Notes under the pieces: model-generated
Databases searched by the model: none
Seen by the model: the letters and a program-made list of their open reading frames with translations, nothing else
What the model was told of the DNA's origin: nothing
Made by a program: the position numbers and the translations under genes
Shown here: in pieces, positions 41,021 to 53,421 of the stretch
Layout of the letters: every line of letters begins with the position of its first letter
Numbering within the stretch: the stretch's first letter is position 1
From: Macrostomum lignano
Lineage: Eukaryota
Length of the DNA stretch: 64,000 nucleotides
Assembly (NCBI GenBank): GCA_002269645.1
Contig: NIVC01000318.1
Span: 1-64,000, forward strand
Reading direction: 5' to 3'

Positions 41021-41317
41021 CAAAGTTGGCAGTTTCCAAAATTGCGCACATGGCAGACACTTCTGATCGCTTTGAATTGCCACTGAATTAGCAGCAGAAT
41101 TCACCTCAGCAGGTGGCATTTGTCTATGAAATACAAGAGATAGAAGTAATCACTCAGAGCCTCAAACTGCCAGCATAAATCGTTTCCTTTGTCAAAATGT
41201 CAGAGGCACAATGCGGGCTGCTCTTTGGTAATCTAAAAAGAGTCTAATCAAATTGATTTTCTGGATACAGTCCCCGTCCAGATGCGGCTCCCGCATCCAG
41301 AGTCTCTTGACAATGTG

Positions 41318-42048
<731 letters not shown>

Positions 42049-42709
42049 TTGTTTTCACGCGTTCTGTCAAGGTGAGACTTATTATCGCGACTGGCAGTGG
42101 ATTTGGCTGGCAGGTTTCTTTGGAAATCTGAGGCGCGCATTTTCTATTCAAAACCGTCAACAAACATTCTTTTTGCAGCCACGCCCTTTGCACTAGAAAT
42201 TTCTATAATATTTGTCCGGATCACACCCCAATCTGTTAAAATGGCCCCGATCACACCCCAGTCACTCGCAATGTCCCCGATCACACTCCGTTGAAATATC
42301 GGCAATATCTTTTGCACTATCAATCAGTCTGGCGTATCAGAGGTGCCGCAGCCCATCCCCAGCTCAATAGCCTGGTTCCCCGCCAGATGAAGTGCTCATC
42401 AGCGACAAGATTCACCCCATAATCGGGGAGTGGGGGTGGCACCGGCAGGCTAAAAAAAGCAACTCACAAGTGAATTATGAAACCCGGGCTCCGGGTCAAG
42501 GCGCCAGGTGAATGACTGATGATCTTCCTGCATGGCTGAATAGAACTTACCCACCCCACCTGTGCAAGGAGAGTTGGATCTACAGCTAGGCGTAGGATTT
42601 TGATAAGAATTGAATATAGTAAATAGTAAAGTTAAAACTGACAAATGAAAATAAATAAATCTAGAAAATTACCCTTGAAAGGCAAAAGGAATCTTAGATA
42701 AGAAATCAA

Positions 42710-43230
42710 TCAATAATTGATCCTTATCGATAACTAGAGGGAGGAGAGAAGATCAGAAATTAATCGATTATCGATCATTATCGATAATTTGAGGGATGAG
42801 AGAAGATGAGAAATTAATCAATAATCTATAATTGGGGGGATGAGAGAAGATGAGAAATCAATCGATAATCGATAATTGGAGGGATGAGAGAAGATGAGAA
42901 ATCAATCGATAAACGATAATTGGAGGGATGAGAGAAGATGAGAAGTCAATCGATAATCTCGATCATTGTCGATAATTGGAGAGATGAGAGAAGATGAGAA
43001 GTCAATCGATTATCGATCGTTATCGATAATTGGAGAGATGAGAGAAGATGAGAAGTCAATCGATTATCGATCGTTATCGATAATTGGAGAGATGAGAGAA
43101 GATGAGAAGTCAATCGATTATCGATCGTTATCGATAATTGGAGGGATGAGAGAAGATGAGAAGTCAATCGATTATCGATCGTTATCGATAATTGGAGGGA
43201 TGAGAGAAGATAAGAAATCAATCGATAATT
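42710..43230. repeat. 54-bp minisatellite with multiple ATCGAT palindromes (ATCGATAATTGGAGAGATGAGAGAAGATGAGAAGTCAATCGATTATCGATCGTT)
   Basis: About 9 copies, more diverged at left. Confidence 0.9.
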
Positions 43231-43669
43231 TAATGGCCCAGCGCCCGTGGACCTCGCAGTGCCCCATCTCTCTGCAATTCACGGTCCAGATATTACATCC
43301 AGTTCTCCTTGTCCACATTTCTAATTACCACCGTCTGTCAGACGTACCGTCGGAGGGCCGGCAGGATGGTTCGGGCTGGGTTAAAATTATTGAAAGTTTA
43401 AAAATAAACTCACATGAGTTCCTATACACTTGCTGAAGATCCGGCGGTCTGAAAGCCAATGGGGTGCGATCAGTTTTTGGAGCCTAAGGGCTCGCGGCCC
43501 AGTCATAAATGGACTCTTGAAACGGACGGCTATTTTCGTTGCGCACTCAAGACGGACCGGACCGGCAGCGCAATAATTATTCTTTTAGAACGAAACTCAA
43601 CATCTGATCATCTAAAGAAGTTGAAAGTCTATGTGAGTCTGAGTAAAGTTTTACAAAATTTTACAAGCT

Positions 43670-44715
43670 TTTTCACAAACTAGACTCTTCACAACGATAC
43701 AATTCACAAACTAGACAATTCACAAGCTATACAATTAACAACCTAGAAAATTCCCAAATTAGACACTTCACAAACTTATATAATTCACAAACTAAACACT
43801 TCACAAAATACACAATTCACAAACTAGACAATTCACAAGCTAGAAAATTCACAAACTAGACACTTCACAAGCTAGAAAATTCACAAACTAGACACTTCAC
43901 AATCTATATAATTCACAAACTAAACACTTCACAAACTAGACACTTCACAAAATACACAATTCACAAACTAGACAATTCACAAGCTAGAAAATTCACAAAC
44001 TAGACACTTCACAAGCTAGAAAATTCACAAACTAGACACTTCACAATCTATATAATTCACAAACTAAACACTTCACAAACTAGACACTTCACAAAATACA
44101 CAATTCACAAACTAGACACTTCACAAGCTGGAAAATTCACAAACTAGACACTTCACAATCTATATAATTCACAAACTAAACACTTCACAAACTAGACACT
44201 TCACAAAATACACAATTCACAAACTAGACAATTCACAAGCTAGAAAATTCACAAACTAGACACTTCACAATCTATATAATTCACAAACTAAACACTTCAC
44301 AATCTATATAATTCACAAACTAAACACTTCACAAACTAGACACTTCACAAAATACACAATTCACAAACTAGACACTTCACAAGCTGGAAAATTCACAAAC
44401 TAGACACTTCACAATCTATATAATTCACAAACTAAACACTTCACAAACTAGACACTTCACAAAATACACAATTCACAAACTAGACAATTCACAAGCTAGA
44501 AAATTCACAAACTAGACACTTCACAATCTATATAATTCACAAACTAAACACTTCACAATCTATATAATTCACAAAATAGAAACTTACAAACTAGACACTT
44601 CACAAAATACACAATTAACAAACTAGACAGTTCACAAGCTAGATAATTCACAAACTAGACAATTCACAAACTAGACAGTTCACAAACTAGACAATTCACG
44701 AACTATACAATTGCC
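43670..44715. repeat. ~16-bp degenerate minisatellite (TTCACAAACTAGACAC) with higher-order variant blocks
   Basis: Variants AAATACACAA, GCTAGAAAA and TCTATATAA recur in a repeated order. Confidence 0.9.
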
Positions 44716-44901
44716 TTCTCCTAGAAAACAAATCACTTCTAAAACCTAGAAACTTCACTTCGTAGATAACTGCTTTAGTATCCACTTTCGCCAACTAGAA
44801 ATGTGAAAGGTTCCAGTTTTCAGTTTGTGAAGTGATTCCCTTTGAATTCGACCAGCTGTACGCCTAAAACACTGACCGATTATTGCAGGATCCGCTCGGA
44901 C

Positions 44902-45569
44902 ATGCCGATCAATCAGCTGATCCAGCAGCCAGCGGCACTGCTGCTCCTCCTCATCCTGACCTGTCGAGCCGTTCAATGTCGGAGCATCCTGGAGTCGACC
45001 CAACCAGCTGACTTGGAAGAGGCCGGCAAGATCAGTTTTGGCGAGTTCGAGGCTCCGTCTGAGGCTTCGGCGGCTGGCAGCAGCCGGTGGTTGCAGGGAG
45101 GCGGGCGCCTCAGCGTGAAGAAGAAGTCCGTAAAGGAGATTCTGAAGCACTGGATTCTGTATCAGAGACCTCGGTGAGCGTCTGCGGCGCTGTCACTGTC
45201 ACTTTCCATTTTAATGTCGCTGTCACTATCAGTTACTTTCACTGTCACTGTCACTGTCACTGTCACTGTCACTGTCACTGTCACTGTCACTGTCACTGTC
45301 ACTGTCACTGTCACTGTCACTGTCACTGTCACTGTCACTGCTACTGTCACTGTCACTGCTACTGTCACTGTCACTGTCACTGTCACTGTCACTGTCACTG
45401 TCACTGTCACTGTAACTCTCACTGTAACTGTACCTGTTACTATCACTGTCACTACCACTGTCACTGTCACTTTCTCTTTTAATGTCACTGTCACTTTCAC
45501 TGTTACTGTCACTTTCACTGTCACTGTCACAGAAATCTATTCATCCTATATTGTAGATTCGGTCGGTAA
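44902..45569 (+). CDS. Neuropeptide precursor 3 (NPF-like; C-terminus ..[17 protein letters not shown]-stop); exons 44902-45173, 45557-45569
   Basis: Signal peptide [26 protein letters not shown]. Donor cct cg|gtgagc, acceptor atattgtag|a ttc ggt cgg taa. Intron in the Arg codon before F. Confidence 0.85.
45190..45530. repeat. (GTCACT)n microsatellite, intron of neuropeptide gene 3
   Basis: Direct periodicity. Confidence 0.95.
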
Positions 45570-45854
45570 ATCCCTATTCAACAGAGTTCCCCAGCTGAAG
45601 CGCAGGCACGATCCGATGACTCACCGAGGTCAGCTGAGTAACTAACTCAAAACATCTATTTATTGGAAATAAACAGCTGCCGCAGACCCGAATAAAATCA
45701 ATAATTTAGGCAAATTCATCAGCTCTTGTGTGCGACGATTAATGAAATTTGTTTTTTTATTTGATTGTTCTCAGAATGCCGAATTGAAACTGAGTTAAGC
45801 CTCATTGGTAGGGCGGTTGCTGGGGCAGCAGTTTGGACTCTGTGGGGCGGTAGT

Positions 45855-45995
45855 GTGGGTTCCTAGGGTGCAAAGTGTGGGTTCCTAGGGTGGTAAGTGT
45901 GGGTTCCCAGTGTGGTAAGTGTGGGTTCCTAGGGTGGTAAGTATGGGTTCCTATGGCAGTAAGTGTGGGTTCCTATGGCGGTAAGTGTGGGTTCC
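45855..45995. repeat. ~22-bp short tandem repeat AAGTGTGGGTTCCTAGGGTGGT
   Basis: About 6 copies between the convergent genes 3 and 4. Confidence 0.8.
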
Positions 45996-46210
45996 TCGCC
46001 TTTGAAATCTGGCAGAAATTAAACAAAGGAAACAAAGACTTCGATCCGCGCTGTTTTGAGATTGCAAATTAGAATTCCAATTGAGCTTTGAAATTTTAGA
46101 GTTTTATTAATCAATTTTTCTTTGTTGGTTTTCTTTCAATAAGAAAGGCGCTGACACGGGGCTCAGTCGCTTGGGCTTCTTAATCTCTATCCACAGTTGG
46201 GTCCGACTGA

Positions 46211-46953
46211 CTACCTGCCGAACCTGAAATATGTGGGCAATTTTACTCGTAAATAAATATTTAAATTTTACTGATGCCCATTTGAGCTGTATGGTTGCTT
46301 AGCTACGAGTAGTGCGCAATTAATTCACGATCTACATAAATTTCAATGCCTGATCCCACACCCCTCACTCCTGATCCCACACCCTTCACTCCTGACCCAC
46401 AACCCTCACTCCTGACTCCACACCCCTCACTCCTGACTCCACACCCCTCACTCCTGACTCCACAACCCTCACTCCTGATCCCACACCCTTCACTCCTGAC
46501 CCACAACCCTCACTCCTGACTCCACACCCCTCACTCCTGATCCCACACCCTTCACTCCTGACCCACAACCCTCACTCCTGACTCCACACCCCTCACTCCT
46601 GACTCCACACCCCTCACTCCTGACTCCACACCCCTCACTCCTGACTCCACACCCCTCACTCCTGACTCCACACCCCTCACTCCTGACTCCACACCCCTCA
46701 CTCCTGACCCCACAACCCTCACTCCTGACACCACACCCCCACAGCCTGACCTGGGCCGCTGGTACAGCAGCCAGAACTTGGCCCTGGCGTTCGCATCGTA
46801 CTCGGGCGGGATGAGCGCCTGAAACGGTGTGTCAGACCAGCGCTGCCGCACCTCTCGAGCTCCTCTTAGGCCGGTGCTGCGGCCGAGGACCGGGCGAATG
46901 TCGGGTTGGAGACACAACGCCAGAAACAGCGTCAGCATAAGCAGCTTGTACAT
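46211..46953 (-). CDS. Neuropeptide precursor 4 (NPF-like; C-terminus ..ARAKFWLLYQRPRF-G-R-stop); exons 46953-46751, 46223-46211
   Basis: Signal peptide MYKLLMLTLFLALCLQPDIRPVLG. Donor ccc ag|gtcagg, acceptor catatttcag|g ttc ggc agg tag. Same intron position as gene 3. Confidence 0.85.
46355..46735. repeat. 21-bp minisatellite CACACCCCTCACTCCTGACTC, intron of neuropeptide gene 4
   Basis: About 18 copies. Confidence 0.93.
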
Positions 46954-47042
46954 CTCCTGAGCTTTGAGTAGTTCAGATTGGGAGCTAGAGAGAGAGAGAG
47001 AGAGAGATCAAAGGCAGCGTCAAGCGTCTCTACAGTCGGCTG

Positions 47043-47049
47043 TTATATA
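47043..47049 (-). promoter_or_regulatory. Candidate TATA box (TATATAA) for neuropeptide gene 4
   Basis: Consensus match ~90 nt upstream of ATG 46953 on the minus strand. Confidence 0.45.
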
Positions 47050-47850
47050 CCTGTCAGCGATAATTTATTGATTGGCTCGGCAACCATCAGCACTGATTTT
47101 CAGGTGTGCTTATTATTCTGGGGTTCCTATTGCAACTGGAGTAATTCAGATTTTTGAAATTCCCGATTGGAACTGGAAGGAATTTCAATTTATGCTTGCC
47201 AGAGCCAAGCACGTGCAGTCCTGCTGGGCGACACCCAGGTAGGCAGCAGTGACAGATGAGTTCGAGTAACACGCACTCATCTTGCCCCGTAAATTTGATG
47301 TTAATTGCGACACACTCTGCCTCCAACTTCGGGGGGGGAGGCTTGCGCCTGGAAGGGCAGCTCAGTGGGGGGGGGGGGTTCCAGGTGGCCTCCTCTCTGC
47401 CCCGCGCGCCGTCTGTCAATCAAACCTTGGCCTGCGATCATCGCTCGGAACAAAGAAATCTACGGCTATGCAGAGCCAAGGAGTCCCAGAACCAGAAGCT
47501 GGACTCTTAACCATTGCCAGACAGCAACTGTAATTACCCTTCGAAGCAACAGGCTGTGAGCGGGTGCTTGGACAAGAGTGAGCACTCCAGGTCACAGGCT
47601 CCAGACCTCCATGGCAGCATTTTGGCATGTCTTGCTTTGCTTAATTCATGTCCTAAACTGACCCAATCTGCGCGGTAGAGTTTGACTAATTTTAAAACCA
47701 GCGCCGACCCGCCGAGAGCGGCCCACCACGTTGAGAAGGGGGCGTTGGAGCCCAGCTCAATAAATAGCTGGACAGCCTGCGGGACCGGCGTGTCAGTTTC
47801 GCTTGCCTCATCATAGCAGCTTCCCGGCCGAGTCAGAATCAACAAACGAC

Positions 47851-48504
47851 ATGTCGACCAGCTTGTCGTCTCGGTGGTCAAAGAAGTCCCAACAGCAGCG
47901 GCAGCGGCAGCCGCCGCCGCCACCTTCATCACCGTCGAAGCGTCGGGCACCAGGCGGCGACAGCGGCGGCAGCGGCAGCGGCGGCGGCGGCAGCGGCGGC
48001 AGCGGCTCGTCCAACAGTCGGCTGGAGGCCATCAGCGAGCTGGGGCAGCCGACCCTGCGGCTGGCGGCGTTCGCCAGCGAGGAGTTCCTGGCTGCCATGC
48101 GGATGGCCACCAACTGGAATGTGCAGCTGCCGCCGGGGGCGCGGAACCAGACAGCGGCGACGAATGGGTAACTCCCAGCTCATGAACTGGCGCCCCCAGC
48201 ATATGAATCGGCGCCCCAGCACATGAATCGGCGCCCCCAGCACATGAATCGGCGCCCCCAGCACATGAATCGGCGCCCCCGAGTACATGAACTGGCGCCC
48301 CCAGCACATGAATCCGCGCCCCCCAGCACATGAATTGGCGCCCCTAGCAACTCCCTCTAGTTGAACGTTCAAAACTGAAGCATCAGTACACACATACAGT
48401 TGCTATGGCAACAAACATATACACATACACCCCGCTATCCCCTCCACCAATTCAGGTTGACAAGCCGAGACCAGGAGGTGGAAGAGCAAAAAAAATCAAA
48501 TTGA
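47851..48504 (+). CDS. Small uncharacterised protein (~121 aa); exons 47851-48167, 48456-48504
   Basis: GC-rich coding-like ORF MSTSLSSRWSKK..LEAISELGQPTLRLAAFASEEFLAAMRMATNWNVQLPP. Donor gg|gtaact and acceptor ccaattcag|g are phase-compatible, adding LTSRDQEVEEQKKSN-stop. No family recognised. Confidence 0.5.
48180..48345. repeat. ~21-bp intronic minisatellite CATGAATCGGCGCCCCCAGCA
   Basis: About 7 copies right after the donor at 48168. Confidence 0.85.
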
Positions 48505-49361
48505 TCGCGAGCTCAAAAATGTCTGTGAAAAATCGCATAATTAAAGATAAAACAACTGCAATGATATTATTTTAATTGAATGCCTGTCAAATCAAATGCA
48601 CTGCTACTCAAAGGGTTTTGCAATAACTCTACATTGAATTGTTTTATATGATGCTGAGAAGCCTCTAAAAAAAGGCAGAATTTCCTGTGCTTTTTGCTGA
48701 ATTTTTTTCGCACAATAAAGTAGTACCGCGAGAGCTCAAGCTGTGTGTGCACGAGCTACTGCTTTCGACGCACAATGAATGCCTGTTATTTTTAATAACG
48801 CTACTCTCTTGTTTAACAATACGTTCTTCGCTTGCTGCACATGAATACATTATTTTAAATAAAATAGCGAATTATTTTACGGCTATTTTACAGCTACTGC
48901 TCAGTACACAATCAAAATAGTTTCACATTCTTTGATTGCTACTCATTAGTAAGCGAACACGATATAGATTGATTACTGCCAACTACCAACCTTAGATCTA
49001 TGAAGTAACTTTTCGATACATATCGCCTACGTTTAAGAACCTTAAATGAATACATTTTGCATCAAATTGAGCTTTAAATTGTGAACAGCTAAAAATTAGT
49101 CAGTCGAATTAGGTTTAGGCCTACTGTCCTAATTTAGAAAGTCCCACAGAAGCAGACTTGTTTGAGCCGACTCGAGTCGCAAGGCTAGGCCAGGGGGTTG
49201 ATTTTGGCAAGCTATCAAATTAAGCCATAGACGTATGCTTGAAAGAAATTCAATGAGAATAAATAAAATATTAAAAATATTTAGTTAGCGTAACTAAGCA
49301 TGACTAATGTAGTAAGGGAAGTAACGTTATAATTTAAACTTTGAAGAAATCGCAAAGGAGT

Positions 49362-49368
49362 AAAAAAA
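49362..49368 (-). terminator. RNA polymerase III terminator (T7) for tRNA-Lys
   Basis: Run of 7 T on the minus strand 3 nt downstream of the tRNA 3' end. Confidence 0.75.
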
Positions 49369-49371
49369 TTT

Positions 49372-49444
49372 CGCCCAATGTGGGGCTCGAACCCACGACC
49401 CTGAGATTAAGAGTCTCATGCTCTACCGACTGAGCTAACCGGGC
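49372..49444 (-). tRNA. tRNA-Lys (anticodon CTT)
   Basis: Reverse complement is GCCCGGTTAGCTCAGTCGGTAGAGCATGAGACTCTTAATCTCAGGGTCGTGGGTTCGAGCCCCACATTGGGCG; 73 nt, canonical A/B boxes and cloverleaf. Confidence 0.97.
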
Positions 49445-49972
49445 TTACCAGTAAGGCGCCGTCTTCAAGCTATATGAAGCAGAATTTGCCTACCAAATGC
49501 GTACATACGCTCTTGTAATGTTAATGTAAGATGGGTGAAGCTTGAAGGGCTTGTATAAATAAATGTGTACTATCTGTAAGATCTGTGCTTAAAGCTTTGC
49601 TTCTGTTAAAAGAGAGCTATAAAAACAGACACTACTTGACAATGGATACAAATGTACATACAACATGTATAACTGATGGAAGCAAGCAGGCGTATTAAGT
49701 GAATCGTGCGCACGAAGACACATGCACTGTATCTGATATTTTAAGGCCAGCCAATAAACAACGAGTATTTTAAAGCAAGAGTGAAAAATTGAAGCTGCAA
49801 TTTCCGTCGTAGCCCCCCACCCCTTCGCGCTGCATGCACTGAGCCGCAGTTGCTGTATTAGTCATGCTAATTAGCGCTCTCTGCAAGCTTTCTGACTGAT
49901 AAGTATACTAATTACTATATATAATAACTGAAATAAAGCTCTACACCCACGCACTACAGCGGTGTGAACAAT

Positions 49973-52900
49973 ATGAACTACAAATTTGTTTTATCGCTAT
50001 CAGCCTGGCTGGTTCATGCTGCATCAGCCGAGTTCCAGTGCTTGGATGCCGATGGCTTTCCTCTGGACTGGTTCGCTCTGCTGAAGCAGCCGCACTCCGG
50101 ACACTACGCCTACGTCAGCTCGAATTCGTCAACCGCCTGGATTCAGCCGGATGGCTGCGACATCACCCGGGATGGCCCCGTGTTCAGCACCGTCAGCCAG
50201 GTCCTGCAGGCCGGCTCCAATGCCGCCGCCGATGTTCTGGCCGCGTACAACGACGAGCCGCCAGAGGACAACAACAGCAGCAGCATCGGCAGCAGCGCGT
50301 TCGGCCACATGAAAGGGCTCGTCGCTTTGAAGTCTGGCCAGAAAGGCTTCTGGCTGATCCACAGCGTGCCAAAGTTCCCGAACATGAGCCTGCATCGCTA
50401 CGAGTACCCGGACACTGGGATGAAATACGGCCAGAGCTTCCTTTGCCTGACCGTGGACAGCGCAAAGATGGCCAACATCATCGGCAGCCAGCTGTTCGTC
50501 TCGCACCCGGACCTCTACAGCCTCAGCGTCAGCCCCGCCGCCGAGGCCGCCTGGCCCAGCTGGGCAGATCTGAAGAAACGGAAGCAGCCACCGAAGGCTT
50601 TGATGAATTCCACTGTCAAGCTGGTGACCTCCGGTGGCCTGTCCGTGATGCACCTGGCCAAGTCTCCGCACCTGAAGCAGGACCTGTATTCTTACCTGTT
50701 GGCTGGTCAGCTTCAGTCGAACATTCAGGTATATTGCTTCTGTGGGATCACATCCAGTGGGATCACTGGAAATGACCCGTTGTATAATGACGTGAATCTC
50801 GCGTTTTACATGTATAGAAAATTAAATAAAGGCCAAACCTCACTTTACTCCGGATCTGAGTTGCACGCATCGAAAATTGCAGTAAAAGGACAGTTGCACT
50901 CGATTTTCTTAGAAATGATCTTAAGGCGGGTAGGGAATCCAGCGGATTAGCAGGATCGCTAGCGCATTTGTACATGTTATTATAGAAAAAGCGGACTTTT
51001 CTCGACTGAATTAGTCTATGGCCAAACCCCATTCAGCTCTAGAGTAGTAAATACACCAGTGATACTACAAATATATGTTCCTTCCGGTTCATTTCTAAGA
51101 AACCAACTGTATAGTGTCCTAATTCTTCCTTAGTTGTCCGTGGTTGCACGTAGAGAATTATCAGATATTTTGTACTGATTTGTAAAAAAATGTGTTTTTT
51201 AGATACTTCTATACTTCAATACTTCTACAAAAGAAGAAGTGCAGTTTTACAAAATTTTTAGTAAATTTTTTGTTTTACATGTAATCGGTAGTTTTGCGTT
51301 TTGTGTTTTACGCAGGTAGAAACCTGGCAGCACGGCAAAGAGCTGCTGAATTCGACATGCAACAGGCGCTACAATGTCACCAAAGTGCTCGATGTTCGCA
51401 TCGGGAACCAGACGCAGTTTAAGTCTACAAAGGACCATTCGAAGTGGTGCGTGACTGCCCAGACTGATGCCAAGCCGCACACGTGCATTGGCGATATGAA
51501 CCGGGCAGAGACGCAGTATCACCGGGGAGGCGGCATCGCTTGCATCGGCCTCGTCGGACTGCACAGTCTGTTTAAAGCGGCCGTGATCCACGACCAGGTG
51601 ATGCTGACTGGGGCAATTGGTTTGGTATTGCAGTTGCTACGAGCTATTATTGGTTGTTCAGCTGTTCAGTGCTTCAGTTAATTAAACCATTTGCTGTTAT
51701 TTCCAACTTAGTAGACAGTGCGTCACCCTCTGGAATATGGTTCCACCTGTTAGACAGTGTGTGTCACCCTCTGGAATATGGTTCCACCTGTTAGACAGTG
51801 TGTGTCACCCTCTGGAATATGGTTCCACCTGTTAGACAGTGTGTGTCACCCTCTGGAATATGGTTCCACCTGTTAGACAGTGTGCGTCACCCTCTGGAAT
51901 ATGGTTCCACCTGTTAGACAGTGTGTGTCACCCTCTGGAATATGGTTCCACCTGTTAGACAGTGTGTGTCACCCTCTGGAATATGGTTCCACCTGTTAGA
52001 CAGTGTGTGTCACCCTCTGGAATATGGTTCCACCTGTTAGACAGTGTGTGTCACCCTCTGGAATATGGTTCCACCTGTTAGACAGTGTGCGTCACCCTCT
52101 GGAATATGGTTCCACCTGTTGGACAGTGTGTGTCACCCTCTGGAATATGGTTTGACCTGTTAGACAGTGTGTGTCACCCTCTGGAATATGGTTCCACCTG
52201 TTGGACAGTGTGTGTCACCCTCTGGAATATGGTTCCACCTGTTAGACAGTGTGTGTCACCCTCTGGAATATGGTTTGACCTGTTAGACAGTGTGTGTCAC
52301 CCTCTGGAATATGGTTCCACCTGTTAGACAGTGTGTGTCACCCTCTGGAATATGGTTCCACCTGTTAGACAGTGTGTGTCACCCTCTGGAATATGGAATT
52401 TCACCTGTTAGACAGTGTGTGTCACCCTCTGGAATATGGAATTTCACCTGTTAGACAGTGTGTGTCACCCTCTGGAATATGGAATTTCACCTGTTAGACA
52501 GTGTGCGTCACCCTCTGGAATATGGTTCCACCTGTTAGACAGTGTGTGTCACCCTCTGGAATATGGTTTGACCTGTTAGACAGTGTGTGTCACCCTCTGG
52601 AATATGGTTCCACCTGTTAGACAGTGTGTGTCACCCTCTGGAATATGGTTCCACCTGTTAGACAGTGTGTGTCACCCTCTGGAATATGGTTCCACCTGTT
52701 AGACAGTGTGTGTCACCCTCTGGAATATGGTTTGACCTGTTAGACAGTGTGTGTCACCCTCTGGAATATGGTTCCACCTGTTAGACAGTGTGTGTCACCC
52801 TCTGGAATATGGTTCCACCTGTTAGACAGTGTGTGTCACCCTCTGGAATATGGTTCCACCTGTTAGACAGTGTGTGTCACCCTCTGGAATATGGTTCCAC

Positions 52901-53421
52901 CTGTTAGACAGTGTGTGTCACCCTCTGGAATATGGTTCCACCTGTTAGACAGTGTGTCACCCTCTGGAATATGGTTCCACCTGTTAGACAGTGTGTGTCA
53001 CCCTCTGGAATATGGTTCCACCTGTTAGACAGTGTGTGTCACCCTCTGGAATATGGTTCCACCTGTTAGACAGTGTGTCACCCTCTGGAATATGGTTCGA
53101 CCTGTTAGACACGTACTGCATGGCTGCACCTACCTGTATCGCAGCCATAATCTGTAAGCAGCTTATCTAACAGAAGCCAAAGTTTTTAAGCCACCATTAA
53201 CCACCCGACAGCCTTGCGGTAGCGCCGGCCATACCAAGTCGGACAAAGAGCTGCTGCTGTCCCTGTACAACTGGGTGATGTTGGCGGCTGTGTGCGCGAT
53301 GGCCTGCATCGTACTGTTGCTTGTTCTGCTGCTCACGATGGCTCTGGCTAAACTGAGAAGCCGCCAGCAGAAGGTGCTCAGCGGGAGCGGCAGCAGCGGG
53401 CAGAAATACCGGATCCTCTAG
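49973..53421 (+). CDS. DNASE2: Deoxyribonuclease II with C-terminal transmembrane segment; exons 49973-50728, 51316-51597, 53212-53421
   Basis: Signal peptide and DNase II motifs (C.D..G.P.DWF..LK.P, FGHMKG, GFWLIHSVPKFP, YGQSFLC, DHSKW, CIGDMNR..Q..RGGG..C). Phase-0 splices cag|gtatat, cgcag|gta, cag|gtgatg, cccgacag|cct. Confidence 0.92.
51710..53110. repeat. 41-bp intronic minisatellite TTAGACAGTGTGTGTCACCCTCTGGAATATGGTTCCACCTG
   Basis: About 34 copies filling DNase II intron 2. Confidence 0.96.

Noticed and set aside
50763-50950. C-terminal part of ORF 49964-50950 as DNase II coding sequence
   Set aside because: After CAG|GTATAT at 50728 the sequence turns AT-rich and loses DNase II similarity; it is intron 1.
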